Of a stretch of DNA of 33,377 bases, positions 12,948 through 24,448 are shown piece after piece; within the stretch, counting starts at the first letter, position 1; each line of letters begins with the position of its first letter. Under the pieces are notes generated by a model that searched no databases, had not been told where the DNA came from, and worked only from the letters and a program-made list of their open reading frames with translations. Position numbers and translations under genes: made by a program. Origin of the DNA: Chiloscyllium plagiosum (lineage: Eukaryota); NCBI RefSeq assembly GCF_004010195.1, contig NC_057719.1:20127112-20160488 (forward strand). The letters run 5' to 3'.

Positions 12948-13862
12948 AAGTCAATTAATTCTTTGCACTGGATGCTGAGGACAATGAATTTATAGGTTCT
13001 GGATTGTTTTGGTATCTTTAAATAAGGTACAAGCTAACTCTCTTTATATAGTTAATTAATTTAATAAACAATTCCATATCAATTTCTCATATATTATTGT
13101 CTTGCACATTTCAAAATGGTGTCCACTCACACCTATTTGTAGTTCATGTTTTATGCAGTGTGTATAACTACACACTTTTTTTGAAGGATATCGATATCAA
13201 CTTGTCAGTTTACATCTATTGTATCTGTTTCAAAATGGAGAATGTTTGAATAGATGAAAACTAAAGAGTCATCTAGTAATGTTACTTCAATAAATGACTA
13301 GAAAGATAAGATATATAAATGTAACATGCAATCCTTCATATTCTATTTAAAATATATAGCCCGTCAGTCAAGTTTCTTGGAAGAGGCGTAAGGGATCTAA
13401 ATTGGAATCATTTGAAACTGATAGAATAAACTAGGTGGATACAAGTGAAAAAAAAATGATTCTGTTGAATAACAGTAAAGGTTAAATATCCTGAAAAATT
13501 AGATCTCCTTTAAAAGATATGTGGTATATGAGTATAATTGAACTTGGAAGGATCCATGTATCAATTATGTAAAGGGCAAACCTGTCCACTTAAATAGAGA
13601 TCTGGTTCAAATTCCTGAGGGAAGGAAATGGATTATAGCTTGTTTCTGTAAATACTTAATTAATATCCAGGCAACTTAATATAGGTCAACACACAAAGTA
13701 ATGATGCATAACATTTGGATGCAAATAATAAGAAATCATCTCCAAATGGCAAGTTCTTCTATTTTGCCCAACAGCTCAAAGAATTGTATAGAGTGTACAG
13801 CACAGAAATTAGGCCATTTCATCCAAACAGCCTATGTTTATATTTTAGTAGCATATGTGGTA

Positions 13863-14144
13863 GTGCATGGTGGTTCAGTGATTAGCACTACTGCCTCACA
13901 GTGCTAGGACCTGGGTTCAGTTCTACCCTTGGGTGATGGTCTGTGTGGGTTTCCTCCCACAATCCAAGGATGTGCAGGTTAGGTGAATTGCGTGTGCTAA
14001 ATTGCCCATAGTGCTCAGGGATGTGTAGGTTAGGTGCATTAGTCAGGGTAAATATAGGGTAGGGGGAATGGGTTACTCTTCATGGGATTGGTGTGGACTT
14101 GGTGGGCCAAAGGGCCTGTCCCCACACTGTAGGGATTCTATGAT
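13863..14144 (+). mobile_element. HE1-like V-SINE with internal deletion
   Basis: GGTGGTTCAGTGATTAGCACTACTGCCTCACAGTGC, GGGTTCAG, TGTGTGGGTTTCCTCCCACAATCCAAGGATGTGCAGGTTAGG, tail CACACTGTAGGGATTCTATGAT. Confidence 0.85.
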
Positions 14145-14514
14145 GCTGCTTCGACATTACTTCTTTTCTCTCAGCTGTTTTAATTTAACCTTTACTTTAA
14201 TGCATTTATGGTCACTCAACAGCCTTCCTTGTCTGAGAATGTGTGCCCCAGCCTGTTCAGTTTTTCTTGAGCTGTTGAACTTCTTATGTATGCTTGACAG
14301 ACTTAGACAACCTACAGCAGGCATACTGGAGAGATGCTACCAGCTGTGACTCCACAAGATCCTTTAGTTACAGTCACAAGAAAGGCAGTCCAAAAAGCAG
14401 CATCCTTGCCCAAGCCACGATAATCAAAGTGAGGCACTAGTCACTTAAAACCACCTCCACCTTGCAGGACATGTCATTGAATACCTAACAGCAAACTGAT
14501 GAAGCAACACTTCA

Positions 14515-14790
14515 ACAATGTCTTCAAGGCATCACTGAAGTGTTCAAACGTCTCTGCTGACTAGATGGAGTCCCCAACCAGGAACTGACTGAAGCAGAAA
14601 GGTTCACTGGGAAAGTGCCAAGCACATGGGGAGAGTTCTTTGTGAATATGAAGAGGTAAAATTGAGGTGTCAGACGGCGTGCACAAATCTTTGAAAACTG
14701 TCCGACTCTTCATGCACAATATGCCCTGCATGTCTGCAGATCGCATGTTGCACTTACCCAGCTATCCTGGACCCCATTAAAGCAGATTGG
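14515..14790 (+). mobile_element. Possible highly decayed RTE-type LINE 3' fragment
   Basis: FKASLKCSNV and C..CRSHVAL resemble RTE ORF2 C-terminal motifs (LKASLK..., CRSRIGLxSH); weak match. Confidence 0.35.
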
Positions 14791-15109
14791 AAAAAAGTCA
14801 GCCTTAGCCTAAAGGGACTACTAAGGAGAGATTATACTTGTAAATGTCAAGTCTATCAAATGTTTGGGGACCTTTTGTAGATACCTGGCAATAGGATTAA
14901 TGTTTTGGACACTAATATTAATGTTTGCTTCATTAATATTCTATTCCTCTGCTAATGCAGCTCAGTGTGTTACATTGTACCAGAATTATCTCCAAAAATC
15001 TCCCATTAGGTTAATTAAGAAAGAGCATCTTTTGCCAGATTCAAGCTAATTGTTTCATAACCTATTTTTAGCGTGCTCTAACTGAGAGGGGGAGCTTGGT
15101 TAACTCTTT

Positions 15110-15436
15110 AGAGAGAGAAGTTTCACAAGGATGTTGCCTGGTCTTCAGGGTATGAGCTATGAGGAGAGGTTAGATAAACTCAGATGCTTTAAATGGAAAG
15201 ACAAAAGCTGAGTGGCAAGCTGATAGAGGTCTACAAAATTGAGAGGCCTAGATAGAGTGGGTAGTCAGAGACCTTTTCCCAGGGTAGAAAGGTCAACTAC
15301 AAGACGGCATAGATTCAAGGTAAGGGGGAAAGTTTAAGGGAGAAGTGTAGGGAAAGATTTTTACACAGAGGGCGGTGTGTGCCTGGAGTGTACTGCCAGT
15401 GGAGGTGGTGGAAACAGGCACATTAGCAACATTTTT
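15110..15436 (+). mobile_element. CR1 LINE ORF2 C-terminal fragment
   Basis: FTRMLPGLQGMSYEERLDKL, LIEVYKI, TRRHRFKVRG, FTQRAVCAWSVLPVEVVETGTLATF. Confidence 0.85.
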
Positions 15437-15524
15437 TAAAAAACACAATTATTACTGAGACTACCAAAGATTTACAGTGCTTCATAGATGATTATTTAAT
15501 TTTGATGAGTTGTTACTTGTTTTT

Positions 15525-15790
15525 GTAGTCACCAGCCAGTTTTGCATACAATGAGTTCCCCAGTTGAGATAATTGAGCAGTTAACATGTTTTCTTGTGAT
15601 AAAGTTGTTTGGGGATGAATGCTAATCAAGATGTCTAGAGAACTCCCCAGATCATGCTGCTGGATCTTTTAAGTTCTTTGTGGTGAAAAGAGTCTTGGTT
15701 TAACATCCTCATTGATAAATGATGCATCCCGTAATGATCCGTTGAACTCCAGTCTTGCAGTTAAGCTTCAACCTCAACATCTTTCTGAAA
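15525..15790 (-). mobile_element. Old Deu-core SINE (SacSINE1/AmnSINE-like) fragment
   Basis: GAGAACTCCCC..GGATCTTTT..GGTTTAACATCCTCAT matches the reverse of the Deu domain as recalled. Confidence 0.5.
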
Positions 15791-15951
15791 TGAGTGACAA
15801 TAATTCAGTTTACAACAGCAATGCAGCTGTGCGATTTGAAAACATTGTGTGGGTCTAGATGCTTTGAATGATCATCTGACGATGACAGTCAATTTGTGAA
15901 AGTAAGGACTCCATTTTGGAGCATTGGATCCTGCCAGTGTGACAATTTTAG

Positions 15952-16041
15952 GAATAAAAATGCAAAACTTCAGAAATACTCAGCACATCAGGCAGCATTT
16001 GTGGAGAAAAACATTTCAGGGAGATGACCCTTCATCAGAAT
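15952..16041 (-). mobile_element. Solo Penelope terminus with a degenerate hammerhead motif
   Basis: GAAATACTCAGCACATCAGGCAGCATTTGTGGAGA..TTTCAGG..ACCCTTCATCAGAA, homologous to 10255-10340; minus strand has CTGATGAAGGG..GAAA. Confidence 0.65.
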
Positions 16042-16559
16042 ATCCTCAGATGTGAGTTGAAATCTCTTCATTTTATTTCCACATATGCATGCAAGCAGCC
16101 TCTTCTAGCTGATCCAATATATTACAAAATAAAAGTAGCTAAAGTGAGCTATTATTATCCATGTTTTACTATCTGAAAAAGAAGATGAAAGTAAATTCAG
16201 TAGTAACTTGCAAAATGGATTGGTATTTATTTGAAAAAAAGAGATTTTTCACAGCTAAAAGACCCCCCATCAGTTCATTAAATACCACCGACTTCTCAAA
16301 TACATAATCCATCAGTTTCATTCAGGTAGCGAACCACAGTAACCAGGAGTTTTATAAACCACATGGGCTAGGTATCCATTAAATCACAGCATGTGTGCAA
16401 CCGCATGAAGAAGTTGGTATTGTTTTATACCAGGTCCCCTGATACCTGGCAGGATCCATACGTAATGAGGCAATCCAACATTTCAGGCCGCTTTTTATTC
16501 ACAAAAAGAGAATTGAAGGCAAGTTCAAATTCTGCTTAATTGTAAACCACAAGATGTTA

Positions 16560-16910
16560 ATAGTGGGGCATTCAGCAATAGTAATGCCACTGAATGTCAA
16601 AGGAAAATGTTAAATTCTCTCTCCAAGAGGTGGCCATTGCCCAGCACTTGTGTGGCGTGAATGTTAATTGCCATTTATCATTCCAAGCCTGAATGTTGCC
16701 CAGATCTTGGTGCATGTGAACACAAAATTCTTCTGTATCTGGGGATTCATGGATATTGTGCCATCATCAGTGAACATTCTAACCTAATGATGAAACAGCT
16801 GTAGATGGTTGAGCCTAGGACATTACGCTGAGAAACTAAAGCAGCAATATCCTACAACTGAGATGACTGAACTCCAATAATCAAATATTTCTCTTTTTAC
16901 TAGTTATGAT
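16560..16910 (-). mobile_element. CR1-group LINE RT fragment, probably the same family as 6647-7277
   Basis: Minus strand remnants QSSQL.DIAA..SQRNVLGSTIYSCFI, MFTDDGTI, MHQDLGNIQAWNDKWQLTFTPHKC, LTFSGITIAECP. Confidence 0.75.
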
Positions 16911-17805
16911 TGCATTATGAGAAATTCCTTTTCAGTTGTATAAACTGCAGGAGCCAAAACTCGATGAACATTCTAACATTTAGGGGTACAGACAGTTTCA
17001 AGGATGCTACATTTAACTCTACAGAACTATTAGTTACACTCAATACTGCCCAGAAAAAGAGATGGGGCTTTTCCAAGGGTTTCCACTGGTCTCTGAAGAC
17101 AGTTCATGGATCACCAAAGAGAAGTTCAAAGATGACATGAAGTGATACTTGAAGATGGTATATAAGAGAGGGAGAGAGAAATAGACTTCATGGGCAGAAT
17201 TTTATCGCGTTCTTAGTGATGTGGGCAATAATGAGGATTGTGATAAAACTGAATGAGAAGCCTGGAAAGGTCTGTCATCAGGAGCACCTACTGCATTTTT
17301 CATGCTTTTGCAGAGAAGCAGGGCAGGTTTCTTACTAGGCAACAGCAGTTTGCCAATCTGTAGGGATTGTAGCCTGTTAAACACTTTGTTAACAGTCCAC
17401 TTGCATCAATAATACTCAACTTCCTATCATACCAAACAAGCTAGACATCAAAAATTCTCAACATAGAAGTCAGAGAGAGACTCTGGCAACTTATTGCTTG
17501 CTCCTCAGGACTTCTATGTTGGACACCAGGCATCGACATCTCAGGACATGGTCCATGGGACACTGGTCACGTGCAGCCCAAGAGCTGCCAGTCTTTTGGC
17601 AGATATCCACGGAGTGTCGAGTTGTTACTGGAATGATGGACAGTGAGATGGGACTGGAATCAGACCTAGTGGAAAGCATAGGGGTGGGGTAAGTAGTTAA
17701 TGAGGGGTGTTTGGTGAAATACAGTGAGATATGTCACTGTGCCTTGCAGTGAGAATCCCACCAAATTCTCAATGCAACTCACATTTATCCAAAGGTTCAG
17801 ACCTA

Positions 17806-18594
17806 TGTTAATCAGGACTGCTGTCAGTTAATCTGCTAAAGGCAACTGAACTATATCATGATTCAACTTTGGGCTTATTGAACCTTTAAATTCTAATATG
17901 TTTTTGTTTAAAGAGGTCTAATGCAATCAAAATATCTGTGGTCAAGGGTTAAAAGCAAGCCTCAATCTTGTTTGAGTGGACTAGTATGCTGTGAAATTCA
18001 TAGCTCTGTGAACAGCTATTAAGCATCCCTATATTGCAGGTAAGGAAAGGAAATAGTACTCTTTCACTCCAAGTACAGACACTACCAAACAAATCAGGGC
18101 AAAGGAATTTCAATCATCTTGCAAAACCAAGAATCTGAAAGTTGACCATTCAACAAACAACAGCATTGCTTTTGGTAACATCCACTGTAATGGCTGCAAC
18201 ATTCCCTTATTCACCCTTCATGAAAAGCTCAGAAACTGAACTATGTATCTCGTTTAAGCATTTATCTTTCCTTGGACTGGCTTCTTATTCTTAACCTGTG
18301 TGTATGTCTGTTTCCTGATTATTTCTTCAGTTTAGTAATAAACTCACTCTTTATTAAGTCAAGAGAGTCTGGTTAAATTGGTTCCTTTTAAAAGTACATT
18401 CATTTGGTCTGAGAGAAAGGCATTCATAAGGGGGTGGATGGATTTTTAAAGTAAGCTTGTTGCAACCAAATGAGAGAGAGGTAAATAAAGCAAGGAAGCT
18501 TGTCCATCCCTTCTCACCTGGGAAAGTGACAATTTTTGGTATCCCATATGGAAATGTAAAAATTCAGGAAACCTTCAGAGCTCTGGTCATAACA
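17806..18594 (+). mobile_element. Possible solo LTR
   Basis: TGTTA...TAACA termini and AATAAA near 18336; no convincing TSD, left end uncertain. Confidence 0.35.
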
Positions 18595-18719
18595 ATTATA
18601 TTGCTTTGTGTAGTTAGGTTTACGGGTAATATGTAATTGAATAACATAGTGAGGGCTGAGGGACTGTTTGAGGAGATATGAATTGTTTGAAGGAAGTATA
18701 TGTATAACTAATGTTCAGT

Positions 18720-18927
18720 TCAGAGTGTGGTGTTGGAAAAGCACAGCAGGTCAGGCAGCATCCGAGGAGCAGGAAAATCGACATTTAGGGCAAAAGCCCT
18801 TCATCAGGAAGGGCTTTTGCCTGAAACATTGATTTTTCTGCTCTTTGGATGCTGTCTGGCCTGCTGTGCTTTTCCAGTATAGCACTCTTAACTCTAATCT
18901 TCAGCATCTGCAGTCCTCACATTCGCC
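18720..18927. mobile_element. Fold-back pair of Penelope termini (older, imperfect palindrome)
   Basis: TGGAAAAGCACAGCAGGTCAGGCAGCATCC..GGGCAAAAGCCCTTC and GAAGGGCTTTTGCC..GGATGCTGTCTGGCCTGCTGTGCTTTTCCA; apex at ~18803-18808. Confidence 0.85.
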
Positions 18928-18989
18928 GAATAGTTGTATAGCAGAGAGTGGAGGTTAAAAGCCCATAAGTAGTATTTGCCTTGTGAACT

Positions 18990-19489
18990 CCACCAGATTA
19001 GGAAACAAATCAAGAGGCAGTACTGTCTCACCTCAGCTTCTACTGCACCTGCCTGGATGGCTGCAGCTCCAGTAACACAAAGAAACCCAACATCATTAAG
19101 GATAAAGTACTCCTCTTGACTGGTATCACATTCACCATCTTCAACATTCTTCCAGTTATTACTGATGTCCTGTGACAGCCTTGTGCACTGTCTGCACAGG
19201 CTACTTTAACACCACTTTTGAAACCCACAACTCTTACCCTGGCAGGGCAAGAGCAGCGATACATGGGAACACTGCCGCTTGCATGTCCTCCTCGAAGATT
19301 CACATGATCCTGACTTGGAACTGTGTTAGGATTCTTCCACTATAGAAAAGGTCGGTATCCTGGAACTCTCTTCTGAATAGCACTGAGTTAACACTCCAAA
19401 TACTGCAGTGGTTCAAGAGGGCAGTTCATCACCATTTACTCAGGGCAAATAGGTATAGGCAACACATCCCAGGAATGAATTAAAAAAAA
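18990..19489 (+). mobile_element. Degenerate CR1-group LINE 3' portion (same family as 6647-7277)
   Basis: CCTGGATGGCTGCAGCTCCAGTA, CCTGACTTGGAA, CTGCAGTGGTTCAAGAGGGCAGTTCATCACCA, CATCCCAGGAATGAATTAAAAAAAA, parallel to 6815-7277. Confidence 0.75.
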
Positions 19490-21490
19490 CATTGTGACAA
19501 GTTGGCCCTGTGCTTGAGAGTAAATGCTGAAGTGCAGCTTTCAAGGTATCAAGGAAGGTGGAGCACCAGAATGTGAGCAGATTTGATGCAGTCAACGAAG
19601 GAATGGCTTTTGTCAGACTTTCAAGGCCAAGTTGTCAAAGGTGAAGAACATTAATCCCTTGTGAAGTTTTAATAAGATTTGGTGACCCAAGATGTCACTA
19701 ATGTATGGGGAAAATGCTAAATCTTTTTGATTGTATTGTCATTTAATGTATTTTGTGGGGTGCTCGACCTTTTCTTTTTGTTACCCACATTAGAGGTTTG
19801 GGAGATTTAAAGGAAACAATGGCAACTTCTCTAGGTCATTTACATGTGGCTTGTCTAGCCCCTCTCTGCCTTTGCAGAAGTCTCTTGCCCTCCCAATTTG
19901 ACAGGTCTGTGTGGAGATGCAGGACTGCCAACTCGCATATGTCTCCCCAGTGTAGTGCTGAACTTCATTTATAAAGTCCTGCAGTATTTGTAGCTATAGA
20001 GAATTACACACTGGCCACCTTTTAATATGGTGCAGAAAAAAAAAAGATATCTACAGAAACCAATCAGAAAGAAAAACCACACAAAACCTGCCTTAGGGGA
20101 AAGAAAAATAGATCATCTGGTCAAGGAATGGCATAGTGCCAGTGTTACTCAATCAGTGAAGCGGAATAGTTAGCTTTAATGAGCTTATGTGCATGCATCT
20201 GTATAAGAAGTGCACAATTTATTACTTGCGGTCGATTTAGCATGCTCCTCAGTACCAATGAAATATTCCTGCTGGTCAATGACACTTTATTATAATGTAG
20301 TACAGTTTAATGGATACTGAATATATCAGCTCATGAAATTCCAACCTTGCCACATAAAATAGAAAAGAGACTTACCAGTGTAGCTCTTGGAGGGTTTATG
20401 GTTAGTTGAAAATTATATAAGTATCCAGCCTCTTCTTTAAATAAAGGAAACACACAATGTGCCCTTCATCTTTAAGGACACATACTCAACAAGCACTTAC
20501 ACAAGGATGTGAAAAGATTGAGCTCTGAACAACAGGACAGCAACAAATACCTGGTGAACCATTAAGAACTAATTATTACAACACGGAAGAGATTGAATTA
20601 CTCATAAAATATCTCATTGCACCTTAACAATTAACCCAAAGCAATTTAATGTTGTCCTTACATAGAAATGATGTATAAATCAAAATGTCTATACTCAGGG
20701 ATGTGATGAGATGAGGCTGATGATACAGCCCTTGGCATCCATTGTATGACTGTGTTTCATGTGACAGCTGGCCACATTATTGGTTCCTGAGGTCTTTTAA
20801 GTGCCAGATGCATAGTGTGCATCATAATGTAACCCAAAAGTACCTGTAGCTCGAATGTCTGTACACCTGTTATGTGCTATCCTCATTAAGAAGCTAATTT
20901 ATATTTAAATTAGTGGCGGTCACCATATTGTAGTTCATGTGCCTGAATAGAATTCAAGATATTCACTACTCTGACAAAATGGAGATTGTATTTCTTGTTT
21001 GATTATTATTTTAATTATTATTAATATTGTATTTTTGTGTCCTTACTGTTAAACCTAATTTTCAGATTTCTATGATTGGATCAGCACTTACATTGTGGAT
21101 TCGTTCGCATTAAATTGGAGCTCTACTAACTTTAAAGCAATACCCAATTTGTTATTCTAAATGGAAAATAAGAGTTAGCCATTCTATTGTTTGTTTAGAT
21201 ACCTCAATATGCAGGATATACTGATGACATTCATGTAATTACACTGGCTTCAGTACCTAATACTATCTCCTTCATAAAAAATATAACTGGCTTCATTCCA
21301 TCAAAGTATGTCTATGTACAGATGCACATTAACACCATTTCTCATGAAATTTGCCCAGATTCCTCTGTGTAGTATTGTAAGGTTTCAATCTTTGAATAGC
21401 CTGGGAGACTGACCTAGCAATTGTTAAATGATTACAGTTTTAATTGCCATAATAAGTGCTGAATCCAACGTGTAACACAAGGAAATGTCA

Positions 21491-21679
21491 CCATTGTCTT
21501 CCCAGGCCATAGGGCTGCTCTTCCATGAGAGAGGGGGAGACGATTGGTGGTAGTTTAACCTGAGGGTCAGCACACTCCAGATGAGAGGAGATGTTAAGAA
21601 GGAAAGTCCATCATGGCAACCTCAGCTGGAGTGGAAATTGAACCAATCATGTTGGCATTACTCTGTATTACAAGCCAGC
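21491..21679 (-). mobile_element. tRNA-derived SINE, 5' head truncated
   Basis: Minus strand GCTGGCTTGTAATACAGAGTAATGCCAAC..GGTTCAATTTCCAC (B-box-like)..CCCTCAGGTTAAACTACCACC..GAGCAGCCCTATGG. Confidence 0.55.
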
Positions 21680-22850
21680 TTCTCTGCACCCTCTCCAAAG
21701 CGTCCACATCCTTTTGGTAATGTGGTGACCAGAACTGTACACAATATTCTAAATATGGCCGAACCATTGTCTTGTACAAGTTTAACATGATTTGCCAGCT
21801 CTTATACTCAATACCCTGTCCAATGAAGGCAAGCATACTATATGCCTTCTTGACCACTCTATCTACCTGTGCAGCAACCTTCAGAGTACAATGGATCTGC
21901 ACTCCCAGATCTCTCTGCCCATCAAGTTTTCCCAAGGCTCTTCCGTTCATTGTATAATTCGCTCTAGAATTAGTCTTGCCTAAATGCATCACCTCACATT
22001 TGTCTGGATCGAAAACCATCTGCCACTTTTCCGCCCAACTCTCCAGTCTATCTATATCCTCCTGTATTCTCTGACAGTCCCTTATGCCTCCTGCTACTCC
22101 ACCAATCTTGTTGTCATCTGCAAATTTACTGATCAGACCAACAATGCCCTCTTCCAGATCATACATTACAAACAACAGTGGCCCCAACACTGACCCCTGT
22201 GGAACACCACTGGTCACCTTTCTCCATTTTGAGAAACTCTCTTCAACTGCTACTCTCTATCTCCTGTTGCTCAACCAGTTCTTTATCCACCTAGCTAGAA
22301 CACCCTGCACACCATGTGACTCCACTTTCTCCATTTGTCTACTATGGGGAACCTTACCAAATGCCTTACTAAAGTCCATGTATATGACATCAACAGCCCT
22401 TCCTTCATCCATTAACTTGGTAACTTCCTCAAAGAACTCTATTAAGTTGGCAAGGCACGATCTCCCCTGCACAAAACCATGTTGCATGTCACTGATAAGC
22501 CCATTCTTTTCTAAATATAAATAGATCCTAAATCGCAGTACCCTCTCCAGCAACTTCCCCACCACTGACGTCAGGCTCACTGGTCTGTATTTACCCTGAA
22601 TATCCCTACTACCTTTCTTGTACAGGGGGACAACATGAGCAACCTTCCTGTCCTCCGGCACCTCACCTGTATTTAAGGATGCCACAAAGATATCTGTCAG
22701 GGCCCCAGCTATTTGTCTCTCGCCTCCCTCAGCAACCTGGGATAGATCCCATCCAGTCCTGGGGATTTGTCCACCTTAATAACTTCTAGCCTACCCAACA
22801 CATCTTCCCTACTTACGCCAACGTGATCCAGACTAATCAAACTTCTCTCT
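21680..22850 (-). mobile_element. CR1 LINE ORF2 reverse-transcriptase fragment (pseudogenic, both ends missing)
   Basis: ORFs 22257-22685 (YRPVSLTSVVGKLLE, QHGFVQGRSCLANL, YMDFSKAF) and 21594-22217 (GVPQGSVLGPLLF, KFADD, LEYCVQFWSP, LERVQR); stop between the two ORFs. Confidence 0.95.
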
Positions 22851-22869
22851 TTACAGATGAGAATACATG

Positions 22870-23073
22870 GAGAAAGTGAGGTCTGCAGATGCTGGAGATC
22901 AAAGTTGAAACTTTATTGCTGGAACAGCACAGCAGGTCAGGCAGCATCCAGGGAACAGGAGATTCGACGTTTCGGGCACAGGCCTGGGGAAGGGCCTGTG
23001 CCCGAAACGTCGAATCTCCTGTTCCCTGGATGCTGCCTGACCTGCTGTGCTGTTCCAGCAATAAAGTTTCAAC
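22870..23073. mobile_element. Young non-autonomous Penelope fold-back insert: perfect 81-bp inverted repeat with TSD
   Basis: Arms 22904-22984 and 22993-23073 are exact reverse complements around an 8-nt spacer; direct repeat ACAGATGAGAATACATG at 22853-22869 and 23072-23088; 22869-22984 matches 32867-32982. Confidence 0.95.
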
Positions 23074-23431
23074 AGATGAGAATACATGCTTGTCAGAAAG
23101 ATTGATCTTTTGAAATGTAATACTTGAAAGCATTCAACCTAACTCTTCATTGGAAATACTTGAAGATATCACTTGATGCCAACTGGGAATAAGATCCATT
23201 TTACAGGATAGTTTACGTGAGGGAATTGAGTGAGCCTATCTTATTTAATCCATTCTAAAGATTGTGTACTTCCCTCCGATAAGCATTTAATTAAATGATT
23301 CCAGAAGATTCGTCACCGCACATGTCAATCTCATGTTTGTCTATCGAAGGACTTTTGAAAATCTATTCTAAATTTGCCTTTTACTGACTGACCTTACAAC
23401 CTTTAACCTACAATGTTAACTTAACTTGAGG

Positions 23432-23630
23432 CAATAGGAATATGATAACACAGGAGAAGGCCACCCAAGCTTGGTTTACTTTCCAATTGGGTTTGATTGT
23501 TTTAATGCAATTCCTCTTGCCTGCCTTTGCTCATTATCCTTTATGTCCTAACATAATAAAAATCTCTCGTTGTTACATTTTTCAGTTGACCTGAGCTCAC
23601 TATTTTGATAATTCCAAAGTTCCATTACCT
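23432..23630 (-). mobile_element. Very degenerate CR1 3' end
   Basis: ATAGGAA..CAGGAGAAGGCCA..CCTGCCTTTGCTCATTATCC..TTCCAAAGTTCCATTACC resembles the reverse of a CR1 3'UTR. Confidence 0.4.
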
Positions 23631-23637
23631 TAGCTAA

Positions 23638-24448
23638 GTTAAAAATCACACACTAGGTTATAGTCCAACAGGTATATTTGGAAGCACTAGCTTTCGAAGT
23701 GCTGCTTCTTGTCACAATACTGGTTCTTTTTACAAGGTTACTGTGTACTTGAGATTTTTTTCCCCAGAGCGGGGTTAATTGGCCAGGCTCCAAACTGGCT
23801 GCATTTGAAAGTTTTATTGGGGTCCATCCTTTACCCCTAACAGGTAGTGCTTCAGGCCAAAAGCTTTCATGTCTTTAAAAAAACCCTAGTATAATCAAAG
23901 GGGAGTGGCCAGTTAGCTGCGTAGCTAGCTTTCATTTAGATTAGAGAATTTTTGATTCAGTTCTGGACTTTATGTAGTTCCATTGCAGCAGGCGATGTGT
24001 GAAACAGGCTGCTGACCTCTCCCTCTAACTTCAAGCCTGTAAGCTCTAGTGTGTTTCATTTTTACTGTTTGAGCTAAGGGATGTATGTATTGGGACTATT
24101 GCAAGTATTTTTGGAACAGCATCATTAAGTTGGTTTGGATAGGATGAGTTATCCAGTATTAGGTTTTCTGTTCTTTGTGTTTCATTCCTTAATTTTGTGA
24201 ATGTTATGGACTAGGCCAGACCCCTAAAAACGTTTTTAAACAGGTAGCCCAGTCCATTACTTTGCTATTTGTTTTTAATTAAGTATATAGTGGATATTCC
24301 TGGAATAAATTAGCTGGACAAACATGGACTAGGTACAACCACCTGATGAAGAAGCAGCGCTTTGAAAGCTAATGCTTCCAAATAAACCTATTGGACTATA
24401 ACCTGGTGTTGTGTGATTTTTAGAACAATACCGGCACCTCCAAATCAT
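23638..24448. mobile_element. Inverted pair of Penelope termini (second family) enclosing LTR-like sequence
   Basis: 23638-23710 is the imperfect reverse complement of ~24349-24422; flanks CCTTAGCTAA (23628-23637) and CCTTAACTAA (24450-24459); interior has TGTCACAA (23710) and TGTTATGGACTAGGCCAGACCCC (~24202). Confidence 0.75.
24340..24375 (+). ncRNA. Minimal hammerhead ribozyme motif (AGCT variant)
   Basis: CAC-CTGATGA-A-GAAGC AGC GCTTT-GAAA-GCTA-ATG; the inverted copy retains GAAAGCTAGTG (helix I CAC/GTG). Confidence 0.6.

Larger units (their letters stand above)
9521..13223 (+). mobile_element. Decayed pogo/Tigger (Tc1/mariner superfamily) DNA transposon with nested insertions
   Basis: Colinear transposase remnants: BrkDBD-like GFKL..NNCAAARE (~9795-9860), LPDLEKHVLE, KITNFQQFII, IRNMDE|KPMSFD, MVILKSK, MFRLHITNEIK..LLDVCVSKP, ENKTFKRRGNM, acidic DAEDNEFIG. 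Degenerate ends TACTGTAGAT (9521) and ATCTATTGTA (13223); end positions are tentative. Confidence 0.75.

Noticed and set aside
14758..14808. 51-nt minus-strand exon candidate with a GTAAGT donor
   Set aside because: Overlaps a probable RTE remnant; the peptide is unrecognised.
17192..17803. Possible Harbinger-like MITE (GGGCAGAATTT..AAGGTTCAGACC); similar blocks at ~7742-9120 and ~27590-28030
   Set aside because: Terminal repeats are too degenerate to support a call without a repeat library.
18004..18045. Kinase-like EQLLKHPYI impression next to a GTAAGG donor
   Set aside because: Needs a frameshift and sits in LTR-like sequence; likely coincidence.
20376..21156. Three minus-strand exon candidates with GTAAGT donors (21156-21092, 20550-20501, 20434-20376)
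   Set aside because: The phases do not join into an open frame and no protein is recognised. A spliced lncRNA cannot be excluded without RNA-seq.
22837..23133. Four ORFs giving mirror-image peptides on both strands
   Set aside because: Artefact of the perfect palindrome.
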